Positions 60,440-64,000 of a stretch of 64,000 nt of DNA are shown one piece after another. How positions within the stretch are numbered: position 1 is the stretch's first letter; each line of letters starts with the position of its first letter. Source of the DNA: Candidatus Bathyarchaeota archaeon (GTDB lineage Archaea > Thermoproteota > Bathyarchaeia > Bathyarchaeales > Bathycorpusculaceae); the NCBI GenBank assembly GCA_963775465.1, contig CAVZIW010000012.1, forward strand, positions 1 to 64,000, written 5' to 3'. The notes beneath the pieces were generated by a model. That model was not told the DNA's origin and made no database searches. It saw nothing but the letters and a program-made list of their open reading frames with translations. A program made the translations under genes and the position numbers.

Positions 60440-60805
60440 TTAGGACTGCAGAAGCATAATTGCTTTTGCCAGATCTCCGCCGCACTCTTCTAACGCTTCT
60501 TTTGCTTTTTGCAAGCTCTTGCCAGTCTGGTCAGAGACTAACTGCACATCTTCTTCAGAGAAGACTGGCTTTGCCGCTGCTCCTACTCCTTGTTGTGAGG
60601 GAGCTTGCTCTGAGACTTGTCCACCGATGACCTGATACATTTTTTGTCCCTGAACCTGCAAAATTGCCACCTCAGGTTCGTCGATAACTATGTCTTTTGT
60701 CGGTGTTCTGATGATAACTTGTTGGACATCTGAGACAGAGTCCATATTCATACCCATACGTTGCATCAAACGTTTCTGTTCGCGGGGATTCATGTGCCTA
60801 TGCAT
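60440..60805 (-). CDS. nac: Nascent polypeptide-associated complex protein
   Basis: NPR...R.MQRMG, YQVIG, EEDVQLV..QTG...A..AL....GDLA.AI. Confidence 0.92.
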   Translation of the reverse strand: MHRHMNPREQKRLMQRMGMNMDSVSDVQQVIIRTPTKDIVIDEPEVAILQVQGQKMYQVIGGQVSEQAPSQQGVGAAAKPVFSEEDVQLVSDQTGKSLQKAKEALEECGGDLAKAIMLLQS

Positions 60806-60849
60806 ACGTTATCACTTCAACAAAGTATTCACGTTGGAACTTGATATAT

Positions 60850-61317
60850 TTAACTTTCCTTACAGCCGTGTCTAACTTTAACAGCGACACCGATTTTGAA
60901 AGCCAACATTTCAGCACTTGAAAGCACTGCACGTCCAACGGCTAAAACTTTTCTGTCCTCGTCTACTGCAATTACTTCATCTTTGGCTCTCACTTCGGGG
61001 TCGACTTTAACGACGTGAACAGCAAAAACGTCTCCACCTGCTGCAATGTATTTTGAGACGGCGTTTTGAACCATAACAAAGCATTTTGCTTGAGGCGTAT
61101 TTTCAACCATGAATTTTGCGGCTTTGATACTCAGAGAAAGCACGCCGTCTGTGGGGCGCAAAGTTGCCAATCGTTGACCATCTAAGTTGATATAACGTAT
61201 TCTACCTGTTCTTGGAGATAGCTGGATTTCGATGCTTTCTGGAAACAGTTTGACTCCTACGCCTTTACCGAATTGGTAATCGGCTACGCTCCTGACTTTG
61301 CCTAATTGGTTTTCCAT
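60850..61317 (-). CDS. PUA-domain protein (archaeosine TGT C-terminal-like)
   Basis: ADYQFG, TGRIR, TLRP.DG, G.DVFA.HV, G.AVKVRHG. Confidence 0.85.
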   Translation of the reverse strand: MENQLGKVRSVADYQFGKGVGVKLFPESIEIQLSPRTGRIRYINLDGQRLATLRPTDGVLSLSIKAAKFMVENTPQAKCFVMVQNAVSKYIAAGGDVFAVHVVKVDPEVRAKDEVIAVDEDRKVLAVGRAVLSSAEMLAFKIGVAVKVRHGCKES

Positions 61318-61390
61318 ACAATCGCCACTGTTGTTTCGACAAGTATAAACATAACAAGATTATAAAGACAGTGAAAAGGGGACGTTTACT

Positions 61391-61924
61391 TTGAGATGTG
61401 AAGTTTGCGGACGTAAAATACATTCTGAACCAGTACGTGCCATAATTGAAGGGGCAAAACTAACGGTATGTATCGAATGCTCTAAGCATGGAAAAGTAAT
61501 CGCGCATGAAGAACCCAACTTACCTACTCCCAAAGCAACATCAAGAATTGTAGCGCCACGTCCAATGGTTCAGAAAAGACCCATAATTGCAAGAGTGGAA
61601 ATAAATCAAGAACTCGTTGACGGTTACCCCAATCTAATCAGAGCCACAAGAGAGAAACTCTCGCTTAGCCATGAAGATTTAGGAAAGAAAATAAACGAAA
61701 AAGCCTCAGTGCTCAAGCATATCGAGTCTAAAAAGATGGCTCCAAACAATTTGTTAGCGACAAAACTTGAGCATGCCCTGAAAATCAAGTTGCTTGTTCC
61801 TATCACACCTGAAAAGACGGGAGTGATTCCTAAGACTTCTAATCAAGAATTAACTTTGGGGGACCTCATCGAAATAGGGCAGAAAGACAAGGAGGAGGCA
61901 CCCACTAAACGAAAGCGATCATAG
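61391..61924 (+). CDS. Multiprotein bridging factor aMBF1
   Basis: CEVCG..C..C Zn ribbon, HTH, TLGD motif. Confidence 0.92.
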   Translation: MRCEVCGRKIHSEPVRAIIEGAKLTVCIECSKHGKVIAHEEPNLPTPKATSRIVAPRPMVQKRPIIARVEINQELVDGYPNLIRATREKLSLSHEDLGKKINEKASVLKHIESKKMAPNNLLATKLEHALKIKLLVPITPEKTGVIPKTSNQELTLGDLIEIGQKDKEEAPTKRKRS

Positions 61925-63180
61925 CACAACGTCGACTCAATCGTGAAGAATCAAGTTTACCGGAACTAAAGAGTTTAGCACAATCCGCTGGCTACATTGT
62001 TGTAGGCACTTTAGAGCAGACCAGACCGCCAGATTCACGTTATCAAATCGGAGCGGGAAAAGTTGAAGAGTTGTGTAAGCTAGTTGAAGAAACTGGTGCT
62101 GAAAAAGTAATTTTCGATAATAACTTACGCACATTGCAAATTTATAATTTAGCTAAAGCTACAAAGGTTGAAGTTATCGACCGTTTTCAACTTATTTTGG
62201 AGCTATTTAACAAACGTGCCACTACCACTGAGGCCCAATTGCAGATTCAACTAGCAACTTTACGCAACGAGCTTAAACATGCTCGAGAAAAAGTGCGCTT
62301 ATCCAAAGGCAGCGAGCAACCGGGATTTATGGGTTTAGGCGTCTACGAGGCGGATGTTTATAAAGATGCAATTAAGCTTCAAGTTCAAACCATAATAAAA
62401 AAACTTGCTGCAATCCGAAAGAAAAGAGTGCTCCAACGGGAAAGACGAACGGAATTGGGATTTTTAACGATTTCACTTGCAGGTTATACCAGCTCGGGAA
62501 AAAGCACACTCTTTAACGCATTAACAAAGGAAACGGCAAGGGTTGACAGACAACTTTTCACGACGCTCTCGACCCAGACAAGGATGATTGAGATTTCAAA
62601 CCGCAAGTTCCTAATAACTGACACTGTGGGTTTTATTGACCGATTGCCCCTTGGGTTGATTGACGCGTTCCGTTCCACTTTGGAAGAAACGATCTTTTCA
62701 GATTTGATAATAATTGTTGTTGATTTAAGTGAGCCTATTGAAACAATAGAAATGAAAAACAATGTGTGTTTAGAAACAATTGATCTTTTAGATGCTTCTA
62801 GCATTCCGACTATAACGGCATTAAATAAGATTGATTTAATAAAACCTGAAGAAAGAGACCAGAAGATAGAAGCGCTCAAGGACAAGGTTAAAAACCCAAT
62901 TCTGTTGTCGGCTAAATATGAAACCAATCTTGATGATCTAAGAAAACACGTTCTGCGAATTTTGGAAAATTATGTGCGAGCGAAGTTTTCTGTTCCATTA
63001 TCAGGTAACATAATGCCTTTCATTTCTTGGGTTCATCAAAAAACAGACATACATAAAGAAAACTACACTAACGACTCCGTTGAAATTCTATTTGAAGCTA
63101 CTCCTGCAGTTGCTGATCAAATAAGAAAAAAAGTGGAAGACCTCAATGGAAAATTCCAAACCAGTCCAAATCCGGAATAA
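61909..63180 (+). CDS. hflX: GTPase HflX (N-terminus extends to ACG at 61909)
   Basis: EL..LA.SAGY, IG.GKVEE, DR..LIL..F, GYTSSGKST, LFTTL, DTVGF, NKID. Confidence 0.9.
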   Translation, partial: TKAIIAQRRLNREESSLPELKSLAQSAGYIVVGTLEQTRPPDSRYQIGAGKVEELCKLVEETGAEKVIFDNNLRTLQIYNLAKATKVEVIDRFQLILELFNKRATTTEAQLQIQLATLRNELKHAREKVRLSKGSEQPGFMGLGVYEADVYKDAIKLQVQTIIKKLAAIRKKRVLQRERRTELGFLTISLAGYTSSGKSTLFNALTKETARVDRQLFTTLSTQTRMIEISNRKFLITDTVGFIDRLPLGLIDAFRSTLEETIFSDLIIIVVDLSEPIETIEMKNNVCLETIDLLDASSIPTITALNKIDLIKPEERDQKIEALKDKVKNPILLSAKYETNLDDLRKHVLRILENYVRAKFSVPLSGNIMPFISWVHQKTDIHKENYTNDSVEILFEATPAVADQIRKKVEDLNGKFQTSPNPE

Positions 63181-63736
63181 TCAGCCCGAAATCGTGATAT
63201 TGCGATGGGGCCACAGGCCACAAAGAGACGTTAGATTAACTACTCATGTTGCTTTAACAGCCAGAGCGCTTTGCGCATCAGGCTTTATCTTGGCAGATGT
63301 TGAAGATTCCCACATACGAGAAACTATTGCAAAGATTACGAGGGCGTGGGGAGGAGATTTTCATTTTGAGATGGGAACAGCTTGGAAAAAGGCTGTACAC
63401 GAATGGAAACGTAGTGGTGGCGTAGTGGTTCATTTGACTGCTTATGGTGAGAACATCCAAACAAGCGATGTCATGAGCAAAATTAAGTGCACAAAAAAAA
63501 ATGTGATGTTACTTGTAGGGAGTCAGAAAGTGCCTGGCGAATTCTACTCACAGGAAGTCTCTGACTTTAACGTGGCCGTGGGAAATCAGCCTCATTCAGA
63601 GTGTGCTGCAATGGCAGTTTTTTTGGACCGCTACTTTGAAGGAAAAGAACTTGGCAAACAATTTGACAAGGCAAAAATAGAGATTGCTCCTAAAGTTAGG
63701 GGTAAGGAAATTAAATCCAACGTAGATTCGCCTTAG
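63146..63736 (+). CDS. tRNA (cytidine(56)-2'-O)-methyltransferase aTrm56
   Basis: LR.GHR..RD.R.TTHV.L.ARA, VHLT.YG, VG.QKVP, NQPHSE. Confidence 0.93.
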   Translation: MENSKPVQIRNNQPEIVILRWGHRPQRDVRLTTHVALTARALCASGFILADVEDSHIRETIAKITRAWGGDFHFEMGTAWKKAVHEWKRSGGVVVHLTAYGENIQTSDVMSKIKCTKKNVMLLVGSQKVPGEFYSQEVSDFNVAVGNQPHSECAAMAVFLDRYFEGKELGKQFDKAKIEIAPKVRGKEIKSNVDSP

Positions 63737-63800
63737 AGGTGTAAGAAGAGTTTTATTACAGATAGATGCAATATTATGGTATTAAAAGGGACTTTAGAGC

Positions 63801-64000
63801 ATGTTATCTACTATTGATGATGCAACTTTAATGAAAGTAGCCACAGCTTTAGGTGAAGAAGATGCTGTTATACTTATCGAGCATTTAAAAAGTGTGGAAG
63901 AAATAACGGACGATGAAATTGCTAACAAAACAGGCATCCGACTCAATTCTGTACGCAAAATTCTCTATAAACTATACGACCATTCTCTTGTAAGCCTTAG
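63801..64000 (+). CDS. tfe: Transcription factor E alpha (runs off window end)
   Basis: MLSTIDD...[31 protein letters not shown]; follows trm56 as in other archaea. Confidence 0.88.
   Translation, partial: MLSTIDDATLMKVATALGEEDAVILIEHLKSVEEITDDEIANKTGIRLNSVRKILYKLYDHSLVSL

Noticed and set aside
920-63460. Numerous short antisense ORFs in the six-frame track
   Set aside because: They are shadows of well-supported genes on the opposite strand.

Overview
Archaeal chromosome segment, most likely Bathyarchaeia. This rests on a single-chain type IB topoisomerase, Ftr, aRF1, Alba, NAC, aMBF1, Trm56, TFE, an eL22-like protein and Bathyarchaeia-style PQQ beta-propeller surface proteins. Bases 1-8391 are the right end of a probable provirus or integrated element, transcribed entirely on the minus strand. 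It holds an HTH/terminase-small-like ORF, a ParB-N gene, an ABC-ATPase/GNAT pair joined by a probable -1 frameshift, a fragmented CheB-CheR-PAS-histidine kinase cargo gene and a wHTH Rep-like gene, and it ends at a perfect tRNA-Leu-type 3' fragment (att). Four more decayed, co-oriented copies of that fragment (about 9762, 10147, 14966, 21256) divide 8.4-21.3 kb into cassettes. These carry an Alba duplicate, flavodoxins, an eL22-like gene, surface proteins sharing an operator, and a membrane-anchored Mrr-like/TIR protein. The rest is mostly housekeeping and metabolic DNA, with tRNA-Ala(TGC), a Fic mini-island, a fluoride riboswitch ahead of crcB and an hflX with no canonical start codon. Several genes contain single-base indels, so some frameshifts are probably assembly errors. 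All calls come from reading the sequence by eye; no searches were run.
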